From positions 52,613,855 to 52,677,854 of the forward strand of contig NC_068990.1 in NCBI RefSeq assembly GCF_001194135.2: a DNA stretch of 64,000 bases, given 5' to 3'. Below the pieces are notes generated by a model. That model was not told the origin of the DNA. It saw only the letters and a program-made list of their open reading frames with translations, and made no database searches. This DNA is from Octopus bimaculoides (Eukaryota). Each line of letters begins with the position of its first letter. Positions within the stretch are counted from its first letter, which is position 1. The translations under genes were made by a program, and so were the position numbers. Positions 51,234 through 64,000 of this stretch are shown one piece after another.

Positions 51234-52837
51234 CTTTTTTCTGTCGAAATGCTAACTGACCAAAAAAAGACAAGATTCAACCAAATCAAAAAATAAACCA
51301 TCCCACTTCCATTGCATGCACACATGCAAACACACACACACATACCCCCTTTTACATAAACACACATATTCACAGGGTTGAAATGCTGTTTGATTTATTT
51401 TTTCAGCATACAATTTTCATCATCCCACTACCAAGTATGGCATCACCCCTTCCTTTCTCATTTACACAAGAGTATTATTATAGTAGATTATCTCGGTAAC
51501 CATGGGAGCTATGAAAAAATACAAAACCCAGCATCACCACCAGATCATTCTACACATCTGTGTAATTTTTCGCGCAATTCCACGCAGCCGTTTGACTACG
51601 AATCCCAAGACAAGAAAGAATTGCCCATGTCAAATTTATATCTATAGATACATACTCAGTAATCAGTTTTAAGAACTCTATTTAGGTGAATATATTTGCT
51701 AAAAATGTCTTGATTTCAATGGAATGTTACAGAGCACAGAAACAGCAGCTGTTAGTGCATGGCAATGAAAAAAAATCAACTAGTCAAAATGAATTGTGGA
51801 GTGAGAGTAACTAAGTTGTTATGACCAGCATGCATAAATATATACACACTTTTACAGGGAAAAGGTTGATAGTAACTTAGAAATTCCATCTGCCATCTGT
51901 TTGATGTTAAATTGCTTTTATACAATATAAAATACACACACACACTTGATAAACATTATAATTAGCTGTCTGTGTCCACCCTGCCACTCTGATTTCCTCT
52001 CATTCATATAAATTTTATTTTATTTTCTCTCTATTCTGTATCATTAGTGCAGAAAGTTTCCTGCTGGGTTATCATTCAGCCACTACCTATTCTAAATTCA
52101 ATACCCACTAGAGTCAACTGAATTTAAAAAATACATTTACTGTTATTTATTGGACTACAGAGTGTGTGTGGTGGTGGTGTGTGTCCATTGATTTAAGAAA
52201 CAGTCAATAACTACCAAAAATATCATCAAAACTCATGAGTAATATAATTAAGTAATAAGAGATGACAATTAAGTAAACAGATTCTTGATGGTATTCAAAA
52301 CTCAAGGCCTCATTCTACACAATTTACATCCCAATAGAACTGGCATTGTCTAGTATCATTCCATAGTTTATAAGAACTGAAGTTATTTAAACAAGCCAAA
52401 TACCTAACCAAATACCCCTTGCTCTAATAACCAACTCCCAACTCCTTTTTTAATTACTATTTGGAACAGATTTTTCTGCTCTTTGAAATATTCTTATATT
52501 TCGCCCCGTCATCAACAGCCACAATGCTTCATCTTCCATCAGAAAATACAGAGGTATCTTCAAAAGTAGAGTTCTCTTATCTAGAAATCTGACTTATGAG
52601 AGTTTATTTATCAGTTAATGAGTTGATAGTAGCTATACCTACTCTTCTATTACGCCACATATTTAAAAAATTTGGGAGGTCAATTTCAAAAACTAAATAC
52701 GTATCTTAATTATCTGTATTACTTTTCAAACCAATAACCATTTTCATACCAAGTCTATCTTTACTGAATAGTTAACACAACAAAGGTTAAGATTATTAGT
52801 TTTTTAAAAACATTTTAATGTCAGTTTTTCCTTTTAA

Positions 52838-53022
52838 CTCTTGATACCAAATTGCCTTCGAACACTCCTAGTTCTATGATACAAGATTCCTGTTTAAAAG
52901 TGATCTAAATTGAAACCTTCCATAAAAATTTCATCTTAACCTGTGTTCCAAGTACCAGCTTAATAAAGTTATTTTATTAAATTCTTTATTTTCAAAACTA
53001 ACTCAAATATGTAACAAAAGGG
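52838..53022. mobile_element. TTAA-flanked MITE-like element (piggyBac-type target site)
   Basis: TTAA at 52834-37 and 53023-26. Degenerate termini CTCTTGATAC versus GTAACAAAAGGG. Confidence 0.45.
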
Positions 53023-53819
53023 TTAAGAGTATTCAGGGACAGACTGAGATAACCCAAGTGAAAATAATGATGATGCTACTAGCTCTTCATTTGCTCCTTA
53101 ATGTAACAAGAATACTACTGGAGAAGTGTGCAGATAGTGGAAGAAAGACAGAAAGGATAGTGATAGATGGATAACTAAGGAACAAGTGGTTTCATTGACA
53201 AATCAATAAGAACTGGAAAGTGGTTATGGAATCAGAGAAAATTATTCACAAGTTCCATTTATTCAACCGTTTATGTTGCTTACCAAATGTAAGAATAACA
53301 AAATTAAGTGCTTGTAAGAAAGCAAGTGTTATAATAGGAACTGACAGTTGGTGTCTTTAAGGTTTACTATTACAATAGAATTTTATACCTTATGTGCCTG
53401 TATATAGTGTTTGAGAGAGAAAAACAAACAGTGAAGTAAACAAAGAGCAGGTTGCCATAGCAACATATACATCAGGATTGAGTGTAGGGAGGTAATGGTG
53501 ATAGACTGGTAAATGTGTAGAAAGGAAGAGAAGGTTAATATAAAAAGTAAAGATGAAAGGAAGAATCTGTTGGATAAATGTGGGAAGTGGTAAAAATGAT
53601 AAGGAATAATGAAGAAAAACTGTACATGCATGGGTGTGTGTCACCCATGAAGCTAGTTTCTGCTCAACTTCACGACACTGTCATGCATTAATAAATGTGT
53701 ACAAAAAACTAGATTGTCTGCATTTTGGGATTACAGAAGATCCTTGGTGTCTATGGAATTTCCTGAGACCCTTGGCAGTTGGTGCATATTGTATGTCATT
53801 TTCGTTAAAAAAAAGGCTC

Positions 53820-54040
53820 AGATAAGGTGGTGAGCTGGCAGAATCATTAGCATGCCAGACAAAATACTTAAAGGCATTTCATATACCTTTATGTTCTGAG
53901 TTCAAATTCTGCCAAGATTAACTATGTCTTTCATCCGTTCAGGTTTGATAAAATAACAGTAATATACTGGAGTCAGTATAACGAGGCTTACCACCTCCCG
54001 GAAATTCCTGGCCTTGTGCCAAAATTTGAAACCAATATAG
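53820..54040 (+). mobile_element. tRNA-derived SINE, same family as the 8395 copy
   Basis: GGTGGTGAGCTGGCAG (A-box-like), GTTCAAATTC (B-box-like), TCTTTCATCC..GATAAAATAA. Confidence 0.7.
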
Positions 54041-54920
54041 GGCCCAGAGTTTCAACATCTATTTGGAGTAAAACAGAATGCAAGATGAAGTAATTTGATG
54101 GTCAACAAGTAACCATAAGTGGAGCGATTATTATAATAAGTTAACACCTTGGTATCTTCATGGTTGTTAAACGCTCTATTTCCAATGTAGACAGAGTCAA
54201 GGAATAAACATTTTCTTTCATATTCAGAAAGGTGAGAAAAATAAAAGCATTCATTCATACCATTAATATAGACTATGTTGCTCGCTGCTAGAGTGACTGG
54301 GATTTTTATTGAGGTGCTAAGCAAAAGTTTCCAACCTTTTCACTAGCAAGGACCTCTCATATAAGTTAGCTTCTACCCCAAAGGCCATGGATTCAAAAAT
54401 GTGGTGTTATGGTCTTCTAAATTCAGTTTAGTGAGAAACTGATTAATGCACAATGTTTGGTCACCTTAGCAACATTTTAAAAAGGATATTTCCCTATAAA
54501 TTAGAAATTAAGAGTAACAATAAACATGCAATATAATTAGAAGCCAAGAAGTTTCAGGGTGGTCACAGACAATTTTCAGGAAGTGTTCTCTTTCCTTTTC
54601 TTTCTCTAATATTAGTAATTAGGTACAGGAACACAAGCAGTACCAGCAGGCTGAATACATTCATGTGTGTGCACAGTGTATTCAATATTTAATGAGAGAT
54701 TAGTCTTAAACATTTACTTTGGGAAATTTAGCCAGACAGAAAGCTGCACTTAATATAGTTGAATGTAAACAACAATGTGCTGAATACTAGAAATCAAATC
54801 ATTCCTTCAGCCAAATGGGGAAAATGTGACACAAAGCTGATAAAGCAAAAGGGATATCACCTTGTGAAACTGTAATTGAAAGTCGCTGCTGCATGCAGCC
54901 TATCTAAAGTATATCGCACA

Positions 54921-55457
54921 CATCATCATCATCATTTAATGTCAGTCTTCCATGCTGGCAAGCCAGAGGACTGCACCAAGCTCCACTGTCTGTTTTGGCA
55001 TAGTTTTTATGGCTGGATACCCTTCCTAATGCCAACTACTTTACAGAGCAGACTGGATGCATTTTACATAGCACCAGCATTGGCAATGTCTGTTTTGGCA
55101 TGGCTTTTATGACTGGATGCTTTTTATGTGGCACCAGCAAGGTCACCAAGTAATTTGCAAGACAAAAATCATTTGAAAGGGGGGTTGTATTGAAGGAGGT
55201 GGCTTTGTACCAGGTAATGAAAGGTTAGAATATGACAGGGAGGAGGAGAGGGGAAGTGGGAGTGTAAAAGAGATAGTGATGCTGTGCTAGAGAATAATCT
55301 CAAGGTATGAGGATGTGAATATAACTGGGATGGTAGAAGATTGCCTAGGGTGTAGGAATAAGGAGTTCACATGAAAGCAAAAAAAAAAAAACTGGGTACA
55401 TAGGAGGGGGACAAGAGGATAGCAATGATACAGCGGGCAAGGCAGGGAGGACAGGAT

Positions 55458-55514
<57 letters not shown>

Positions 55515-56910
55515 AGAAAGAGAGAAAGAGAGAGCGAGAGAGAGAGAGAGAGAGAAAGATAAGCCTAGTGCATGAAGAAGGATATGTGAGGAAAAGAAGA
55601 TATGAGGTTTGGTTTATTGGAACAGGGTATGTAAAAAAAGGTTACATGTGGATGGAGCACAGCACTTCTAGAACTCAGTTCTGCTGAGGTGGGTAGGTCT
55701 TAAGAACCTCATATTACCAGAAACCTTGGTCCATTGTCATCTCCTCTCTGAAGTCCAACATCCTGAAAATGACCTTCACTACTTCATCTCATGACTTCCT
55801 GAGTGTCTCTCTCCTACATGAGCCATCCACTTTAAGCAGCTGTTTTCATTCATTTGCATCAAATGTCCAAACAATCTTCTCTTTTGCATGCTACATCTGA
55901 TACCTCTTATGCCCAACTTTTCTCTCAGCATATTTGCACTGTCATATATGCACACTGATGTTGCATATCCACTGGAGTATACTAGCTTCATTCCTCTCTA
56001 GTCTATGCAGGTCTTCTGCATTCAGGACCTACATCTCACTACCATGGAATATAGCTGCTCGTACACAAGCATCAAACTTTTCACCCATAGTCTTTTGTTG
56101 TCAACATAGGTAATAGCTCTCTGAACTTCCTCCATATTATTCTAGCAACAATACTTTCAGAATATTCTCTGCCACTGCTAATTTGGTCTCCTATGTAACA
56201 CAAACTATCTACAACCTCCTGGGTATTTGAGAGAGTCTAATTCTCATGTGTTCCAAGAGCTTATTGTTCCTGCACATCTGCTACATACAAAGACAGTTGT
56301 TAGCCTACCTGCGATTCCACTGCACCTATTATATGTCCATAGCTTTGCACTGGGTGCAACAAATGGAATTTTTTCCAACACCTTTCCTGGATATTGAATT
56401 GAGTCATTTACCTAACGGAAATTGACTTATCCGCTTTCTTCCTAACAACTTTGGTTTTCACTACATTGACTAAGACTTTCTGATTCCAGGTTTTGTGTCC
56501 ATACTTGGAAATTCTTCTCCAATTCTCTACAGATTCTGCAATTAGAGTGAGATCATCAGCATATAATAGTTCCCATGAGTAGCCAGTTTTGAGATCATCT
56601 GTTATGGCTTCAAGGACTACGATGAAGAGGGGACTGAGAACAGAGTCCTGGTGAACCTCTACTTGCACATTAAATTTGTCACTGTACTTATGGCTGATTC
56701 TCACCCCACTGACAGCTCCACTATACATGGCTTGTACAGTTCTAACAAGCCACTCAGCTAATCTTAACCTCCTTAGAGATCACCAGATAACAGAGTGAGT
56801 GACTGTCAAAAGCTTACTCCAGGTTGACAAAAGCCAAGTACAATGATTTACTTTTGGCCAGATACTTCTCCTGCAGTTGTCTCACTATGAAGATAGCATC
56901 TTCCACCTTA
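54921..56910 (-). mobile_element. Older RTE family A-related copy with a purine-rich 3' UTR containing (GA)n
   Basis: Tail at 54921; ORF 56408-56728 GYSWELLYADD; ORF 55779-55991 LREKLGIRGI.CSMQ.RRL. Confidence 0.8.
55458..55556. repeat. (GA)n microsatellite
   Basis: Directly visible. Confidence 0.97.
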
Positions 56911-59006
56911 CACAAGCTGATTACTCATTACCTTTTTACATGTCACTCAAATGTCCAGCAGTATTGTTAAGCCATATGAACTGAATAGAATATAAGGAAC
57001 CTTGTCTATTAATACAAAGAAAATATAAACAAGATTTCAAATACATCTTGTTCTCTTACACAACTAAATAAATTCAGGTTTTCATTATATAAAACACCTG
57101 GATATATCACAAAAGTAAGTACTATATAGGTAAGTATGCGTGTGTTCTCTTGAAATGAGAAAAAAAAATTATTCAATGCTGAGATTTAAGGTTTTTTTTT
57201 TTTTTAAACCTGTAATATGATGAAAATCCAAAAGTAAAGATAAGCTTAATATAACAGTAAATTTCAAATTAGCCTAGGCACTCATGTGAAAGAAATAATT
57301 TTTAGCACCTCAAAATAATTTCTAATTTAGGAACAAGTTAAATGGGACTGACTCTCTGTCAGGACATTATCAGACAAGCTGGTAGTAAAGGGTTAACTCA
57401 ATCACCAATTTATTCTCACATATTAGAAACATTAGTAAAACTTTATAGGAGCAGGAATGTAGTTAATTGAACTGATTCCAATACTATGGCTAGTTCTAAT
57501 GAAATAAATATTAGAATGATGACAAAGTTGTCTCAGGACTAAATGTAACAAGATAGAGTTTAAGGAGACTGGTTTTCTGACACCATTAAAATGACCATTT
57601 CATATATAATTTCAAAGTCTCAAGTGTATATAGTGGGGAAATGATGTAGCACCTCTGTTCCAGCTAAACAGGCTGAGGTAAGCATACAAGTACTGAGAGG
57701 TGTTTCATGCCCTAGGAATATCCAAGGATTACAAAATTGAACAATGATAGATTGTATGCAGTTCAAGTTGCTATACTATTCTAACTCACCATTTAATGTC
57801 CGTTTTCCATACTGCCATGGGTTGGATGGTTTGACAAGAGCTGGTAAATCAGAAGACTGCACCAAGCTCTACTGTCTACTCTGACATGGTTTCTATGGCT
57901 TAGAAACCATGTCAAGAAAAGAAACAGTCTGAACCAAACTCTGGGATCAATAACAATTGAGAATTTCCCAGTTCTATAATTTATTACATAAGTGATTTTC
58001 TGGTAGGAATCTGGTCAATAAAATCAACTGCCTACATAGATGTTAGTTATTGGTTCACAAGGACCAGAGGGCAATCTTTACCTAGGCAGAACAATTTCAA
58101 ATAATGAGATAAAGAAACTATGACAGAATAAGCACTAACTGCAGCCATACTAGAGCATCATCTACATAAGGTTTTGCAACTTATTTCAGTTTGTGACAGT
58201 TTATTGATCTATATTGAATGGCTAGTTCACTTCTGATATAAAAGGAACAACTTAGACACACACTGCTCTACACAAATACACGTACCATGGGCTTCTACCA
58301 AGGTCAGAACAGAAGCCAACGTGTCACAAATCTATTTAGAGGAATACAAACTTTTAGCAGGGAGATTTGACAAGAGATTTTAAACTCCACTCTCCTAGTA
58401 ACCCCACCCCAACCTTTATCCTTATCCTTTTCTTAGATTAATAGCAACAATATTATATCAAACAAATTCCTTTCTTCAAAATGAAAATGGAGCTAGAGGA
58501 GTTGGTCTGAAAAATACTAAAAGTTGGTATCCCTGTCTCAGTAATAGAATTTGGTTCTCACAGATTTCAAACATAGGCATTGAAGGAGACTATTCCAGTT
58601 GATAATTTGAATTTTTAAATTTGTCTTTTCTTTTCACTGTTGTATTGATAGTTGGTGAAGGATTGTAATTAAAAAACTTTCTATGACAAAAAATAAAAAT
58701 GCTCTAGCATGTTTGGGAAATTAAAGTATAAACAAGATTAAAGTTAATCCTTTAGTTGGGAGGAGAGAGTACTTTTAACATCAGCTCCCAGACAATTGTC
58801 AACTACAAATGACAATATGCAAGGTTAAGTAGATGGAATATTTTGAAAATGGTCGTTTCACCAAAATCATGACAATGTAAGAAATTTATGTAGATGTGAA
58901 TATGTAGCGACAGATAAGTAGAGAGAGTGAGAGATAGGTTGTAGAGAGCGATAGGTAGGTGGTAGAGAGAGAGAGACAGGTAGAGCAGGAGAGATAGAAA
59001 GGGGGG

Positions 59007-59040
<34 letters not shown>

Positions 59041-59146
59041 TGTGGGAATGCCTAAAATGTATTTATTAAATACTGCAAAAGTATTGTTATGCTCTAAATA
59101 AAACCACATTTGGAACTAGACCATTCCATATGCATGAATATGAGAT

Positions 59147-59638
59147 CATCATCATCATTTAATGTCCTTGCTCCATGCTAGCATCAGTGAGATGGTACCA
59201 CAAGAGCTGGCCAGGTCAAAGCCTGCACCAGACTTCTGTGATTGTTTTGGCAGGATTTTTACAGCTGGATGTCCTCCTAACAGCAACCACTCAGCAGAGT
59301 GGACTTAGTGCTTTTTATGTGGCACAAGTGAGAACAGTTTTGGCAAGGTTTTTACAGCTGGATGCCCTTCTGAACATCAACCACTTTACTGTGCAGACTG
59401 GGTGCTTTTAAGTGGCACCTGCACTGACAGGGTCACCAAGTACTTGCAAGACAAAAACTTTTAAGTGGGGAGGAGGCATTGGAGGAGGTGATGATGAAAA
59501 GGTTATAGTGAGACAGATATAGGTGTCTTGTTGAAGAGGAAATACAAAGTTACCTGGCTGGAGAGAGAAAGATCAGGGATGAAGACAGAAATAGGTGTGC
59601 TACCAAAAAGAAAATACACGGTTGCCCAACCTGAGGAA

Positions 59639-59673
<35 letters not shown>

Positions 59674-61150
59674 AAGAGAGAGAGAAAGAGAGACAGAGAG
59701 AGAGAGAAAGAGACACCGCAGGATGGAGATGGTGGCAAAATGTTGGGCATGCTCACAAGGAACAGGGATCTGAGTATAAACGAGATAGCTGAGTAATAGA
59801 TAGTGGCAAGTGCCAAGGTATACCCTTACACCCTTGAGATTCAAATGCCATAATATAAAAGACAGGATATTACAAAGGGAGTGCAAATAAGCGGCAAAAG
59901 ACCTGGTGATATGTAGAGTTGGAGGGGCTACTGGATAACAATGATACAGAGGAGCAGGGGTTTGAGGACAGGATTGGGGAGCGAGAGCTAGGCATAGTCA
60001 ATGGAAGAAATGTAAGAGAATCAATGTAAATTGGTTTGTTGGGGTAGGATGAGGGAAAAGTTTTCTTGTTATGTGTGGGTGGAACACCCAGGTCGGGGGC
60101 TAGCAGAAGGCAATAATAGAGTGAGACAAGGCATGTGGGTAGAACGCACAGGTCGGGGCAAGCAGAGAGCAATGATACAGAGGCACCAGGCCAAGAGGAC
60201 AAGATTGGGGAGTGGGAGGTAATCATGGTACCTGAAATGGGAATGTGAGGAAGGGATGTAGAGACGTAGTTTGGTTTGTTGTGGTAGAGTGTGTGAGAAG
60301 TTTTCTACACAGGACTTTTAGAACTCAGTTTCACTGATGTGGGCAGGTCTTCTCAAAAACTTCATATCACCAGACATCTCAGTCCATGGTCATTTCCTCC
60401 ATGAGGTCCAACTTCCAGAGATCAGTCCTTATCACTTCATCCCCTGTCTTCCTAGGTCTCCCTCTTCCACAAGTTCCATTCACTTTCAGTGATCAGCACT
60501 TCTGTATGCAGCTGTCCTCATTCATATGTATCACATGTCCAAACCAATGTAGTCTTCTCTCTTGCATGTTACATCCGATTCCTCTTATGTCCATTTGTAC
60601 TTTGTCGTACATGTGCACTGATGTAGCACAACTAATGGAGGATACTACCTTCGTTTCTCTCCAGTCTACGCATGCCTTCAGCATTCAGAGCCCATGTCTC
60701 ACTACCATGGAGTATAGCCGTTCATACACAAGCATAATATAGTCTACCTTTCAATCTGAGAGAGAGACGTTTTGTTGCCAACAGAGGTAATAGCTCTCTA
60801 AACTTCCTCCACCCAATTCTTATTCTAGAAACAATACTTTAATTGGTAATTTGGTCACCTAGGTAACAAACTATCAACAACCTCAAGAGAGCCTCCTGGG
60901 CATTTGAGAGAACCTAAAACCCATGTGCTCTTAGTACTTATTGTTCCTGCACAATACAAAGACTATCTGTTAATCTACCTGTGATACCACTTGCATCTCT
61001 TATGTGTCCATAGTTAACACTGGGTGCAGCAAATAAAATTTCTTCCAATTCTTTTCCTACATATGGAGCAGGGCCATTTATGACAGAAGAAAGTTGTATC
61101 TTTCTTACTAACAATCCTTTTGTCTTAGCTAGGTTAACTTTAAGGCCCTT
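59147..61150 (-). mobile_element. Older RTE family A-related copy with a long purine-rich 3' UTR
   Basis: (CAT)n tail at 59147; ORF 60493-60684 MQERRLHWFGHV..M. Confidence 0.8.
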
Positions 61151-61619
61151 AAAGTTTTACAGCCACTAGAATTGGACATTCTATCAATAACTACATCTCT
61201 GAACTTAATAATTTTAATTTTGTTACATTTTTTATGCTGATGAAAAATGTAGAAAAATACCCTTCAGCTGTCCCCAATACTTGCATGTACCCAGTGTCAA
61301 CTCTTAAATCTGTTTGAACAATTCCCTTGAATTCTGTCTGCCATAGCTTGTCTTAAATGGTTAGTTTTCTTTATTCTTATTGTTTACTGCCTTTATGCAC
61401 TCACCCCAAGCCTAATTACTGGCTTTTTTTAAGCAATATTATGGTCTTAATTTCCTTCAAGTCATTTCTTGGAAAACTCACTCCAGACGTGAAAGAAAAA
61501 ACAAACAAAAAACAAGAACAAACATGCTTCATCAACAGCCTGAATTTAATAACCTAAAACCATAAAACCTATGCCAATGGCTATGTTATGGAATGAAATA
61601 CCTCTTTCCATTTCAAAGC

Positions 61620-61769
61620 CTGTATAGAGATAGAGAGTGATAGACAGACAGACGGACAGAGAGTGATAGACAAATAGACAGAAAAACAGAGAGTGACAGA
61701 CAGACAGAAAACCAGAGTGACAGACAGACAGAAAACCAGAGAGTGACAGACAGACAGAAAAGCGCACAG
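61620..61769. repeat. Compound (GACA)n minisatellite
   Basis: Repeated AGAGTGACAGACAGACAGAAAA(C)C units. Confidence 0.85.
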
Positions 61770-61962
61770 CACAAACGGCGACCACACCTGCTCACTGTTG
61801 TCTACGTAGAGCCGGAGATGTCGCAGTCTCAGCGCATGTCTGCGCATCATCAACCACAGCATGCCCAGCCCTCCTTTCAGCGGGTGTTGGCAGCAAACGG
61901 ATCGCCTGACCATGGAACGCTTCCTTTCCACAAGAAGCAGAAGAGGATGCATTCCAGCTTGG
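61770..61962 (-). mobile_element. Tx1/L1-clade LINE ORF2 fragment (post-RT region)
   Basis: KLECILFCFLWKG.V..VRR..CCQHPLKGGLGM...RHALRLRHL. Confidence 0.75.
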
Positions 61963-62764
61963 NNNNNNNNNNNNNNNNNNNNNNNNNNNNNNNNNNNNNN
62001 NNNNNNNNNNNNNNNNNNNNNNNNNNNNNNNNNNNNNNNNNNNNNNNNNNNNNNNNNNNNNNNNNNNNNNNNNNNNNNNNNNNNNNNNNNNNNNNNNNNN
62101 NNNNNNNNNNNNNNNNNNNNNNNNNNNNNNNNNNNNNNNNNNNNNNNNNNNNNNNNNNNNNNNNNNNNNNNNNNNNNNNNNNNNNNNNNNNNNNNNNNNN
62201 NNNNNNNNNNNNNNNNNNNNNNNNNNNNNNNNNNNNNNNNNNNNNNNNNNNNNNNNNNNNNNNNNNNNNNNNNNNNNNNNNNNNNNNNNNNNNNNNNNNN
62301 NNNNNNNNNNNNNNNNNNNNNNNNNNNNNNNNNNNNNNNNNNNNNNNNNNNNNNNNNNNNNNNNNNNNNNNNNNNNNNNNNNNNNNNNNNNNNNNNNNNN
62401 NNNNNNNNNNNNNNNNNNNNNNNNNNNNNNNNNNNNNNNNNNNNNNNNNNNNNNNNNNNNNNNNNNNNNNNNNNNNNNNNNNNNNNNNNNNNNNNNNNNN
62501 NNNNNNNNNNNNNNNNNNNNNNNNNNNNNNNNNNNNNNNNNNNNNNNNNNNNNNNNNNNNNNNNNNNNNNNNNNNNNNNNNNNNNNNNNNNNNNNNNNNN
62601 NNNNNNNNNNNNNNNNNNNNNNNNNNNNNNNNNNNNNNNNNNNNNNNNNNNNNNNNNNNNNNNNNNNNNNNNNNNNNNNNNNNNNNNNNNNNNNNNNNNN
62701 NNNNNNNNNNNNNNNNNNNNNNNNNNNNNNNNNNNNNNNNNNNNNNNNNNNNNNNNNNNNNNNN

Positions 62765-63618
62765 TGTATGTTTAAGGTATACAAAAAAGGTAACATTAGG
62801 TTTATCCATGGAGAGAAAAGCTGAAGGAAAAGACCACAATAACCTCACCAGGAAATAGACACATGAGAGCAAGGTGCTCTCTCTCATTCTCTCTCTTTAT
62901 TTTTCTTGATTTACAGGATCATGCTCAAAGAGGTATCATTACTTGCACGCACCATCTTTGCTACATTCAGCCACCTTTTATTGAAACTTTCACGAGACAA
63001 AACCTGCCTCTACATTTTCACCATCCTTTTCAAGTGATACTTGAAAAAGTTGATGAGCGATTGGCCAGAGAGGTAAGTTTTTGTCTCTAATCCTTTCACT
63101 CGGGTCCACCACACACATTCTTTCATCATGGCGACCAGTATGATGAACACTGCCTTGCCTTCCCTGTTGAGGGACAGTAGCGGAGCAATTTGCACGATAG
63201 ACTCGGCCGACACGTGGACTCGTCCCAGACGTGACAGCAGCCGTTTGGCATAAGCCTACAGGTCCGAAATCGTTGGACACTGCACGAGTGCGTGCAGAAC
63301 TGTTTCGTCGCTCTAACCGCATCACGGGCAGGTCGGTCCGGTGTGTCTTGAACCGTGCCTGTACAGCTTATCCCAAACGGGTAATGCTTCTTGATAGCAC
63401 TGCCAGACCAGGGATCTTTGGTGGTTGTCCACAGGTCCTGGCCCGAAAGTTGTGTTGTCCTGAACAGGCGTGTCAGGTGTTCCTCGTTGACGCCCAGATT
63501 CTGCCAGAGATCGTTGTCGCACCTCTCCTCAACTAATCCTCTATAGAATGCTTTTGTAGAATTCAAGTTGCACAAGTTTGGTCCCGGACGGCAGAGTTGC
63601 TTGAGAGCAACGCGACAC
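62765..63618 (-). mobile_element. Tx1/L1-clade LINE ORF2 C-terminus plus 3' UTR
   Basis: STK.FY, LVWQCYQEALPV..KL, CPRCGQSDETVLHALVQC zinc knuckle, VWWTR; stop at 62911-62913; CpG-rich, so relatively young. Confidence 0.85.
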
Positions 63619-63717
63619 NNNNNNNNNNNNNNNNNNNNNNNNNNNNNNNNNNNNNNNNNNNNNNNNNNNNNNNNNNNNNNNNNNNNNNNNNNNNNNNNNN
63701 NNNNNNNNNNNNNNNNN

Positions 63718-63961
63718 NGAGAGAGAGAGAGAGAGAGAGAGAAAGATAGAGAGAGAAAGATAGAGATAGAGATAGATAGAGAGAGAAAGATAGAGATAGA
63801 GATAGATAGAGAGAGAGAGAAAGATAGAGATAGAGAGATAGATAGATAGAGATAGATAGAGAGAAAGATAGAGATAGATAGAGAGATAGATAGATAGAGA
63901 TAGATAGAGATAGAGAGATAGATAGATAGAGATAGAGAGATAGAGAAAGAGAGAGAGAGAA

Positions 63962-64000
<39 letters not shown>
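63718..64000. repeat. (GA)n/(GATA)n compound microsatellite
   Basis: Directly visible. Confidence 0.97.

Noticed and set aside
54052-54324. 90-aa minus-strand ORF
   Set aside because: Non-ATG start, no motif recognised, no consensus donor.
57781-57800. ATG-GTGAG on - as a candidate PDPK1 first exon
   Set aside because: It coincides with the tail of an RTE insertion and has no promoter-like context. Exon 1 was not located.
61743-62887. Long ORFs (300-370 aa) in the track, and likewise 11843-12582, 23616-24632 and 26558-27023
   Set aside because: They are open only because they run through N-gaps.
62879-62901. AATAAA plus (GA)n right after the Tx1 stop, suggesting insertion into a GA microsatellite
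   Set aside because: The sequence continuing to the gap looks like more 3' UTR, so the true 3' end and target are not visible.

Overview
AT-rich eukaryotic scaffold with many N-gaps, dense microsatellites and decayed transposons. The repeat families point to a cephalopod, probably Octopus (inference). Two host genes are supported. (1) ATP synthase subunit d (ATP5PD-like) on +: the last two coding exons, 7405-7467 and 19179-19334, separated by an 11.7-kb intron. (2) PDPK1/PDK1 kinase on -: six consecutive exons from 47332 to 30184 with canonical GT-AG sites and consistent phases. Its first exon and all exons after kinase subdomain VIII were not found. The rest is transposon-derived: about 18 copies or fragments of one RTE-type LINE family with a (GAT)n tail, two other RTE-type elements, a decayed Ty3/Gypsy, two Helitrons, three mariners, one Tc1, a Tx1/L1-type LINE, tRNA-derived SINEs and MITE-like elements. 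I found no convincing new biological system. The best leads are the missing PDPK1 3' half (giant intron with a nested antisense gene, partial duplicate, or misassembly), an 87-nt near-perfect hairpin, and a strong strand bias of RTE copies across the PDPK1 region. All family assignments come from motif recognition by eye; no database searches were run.
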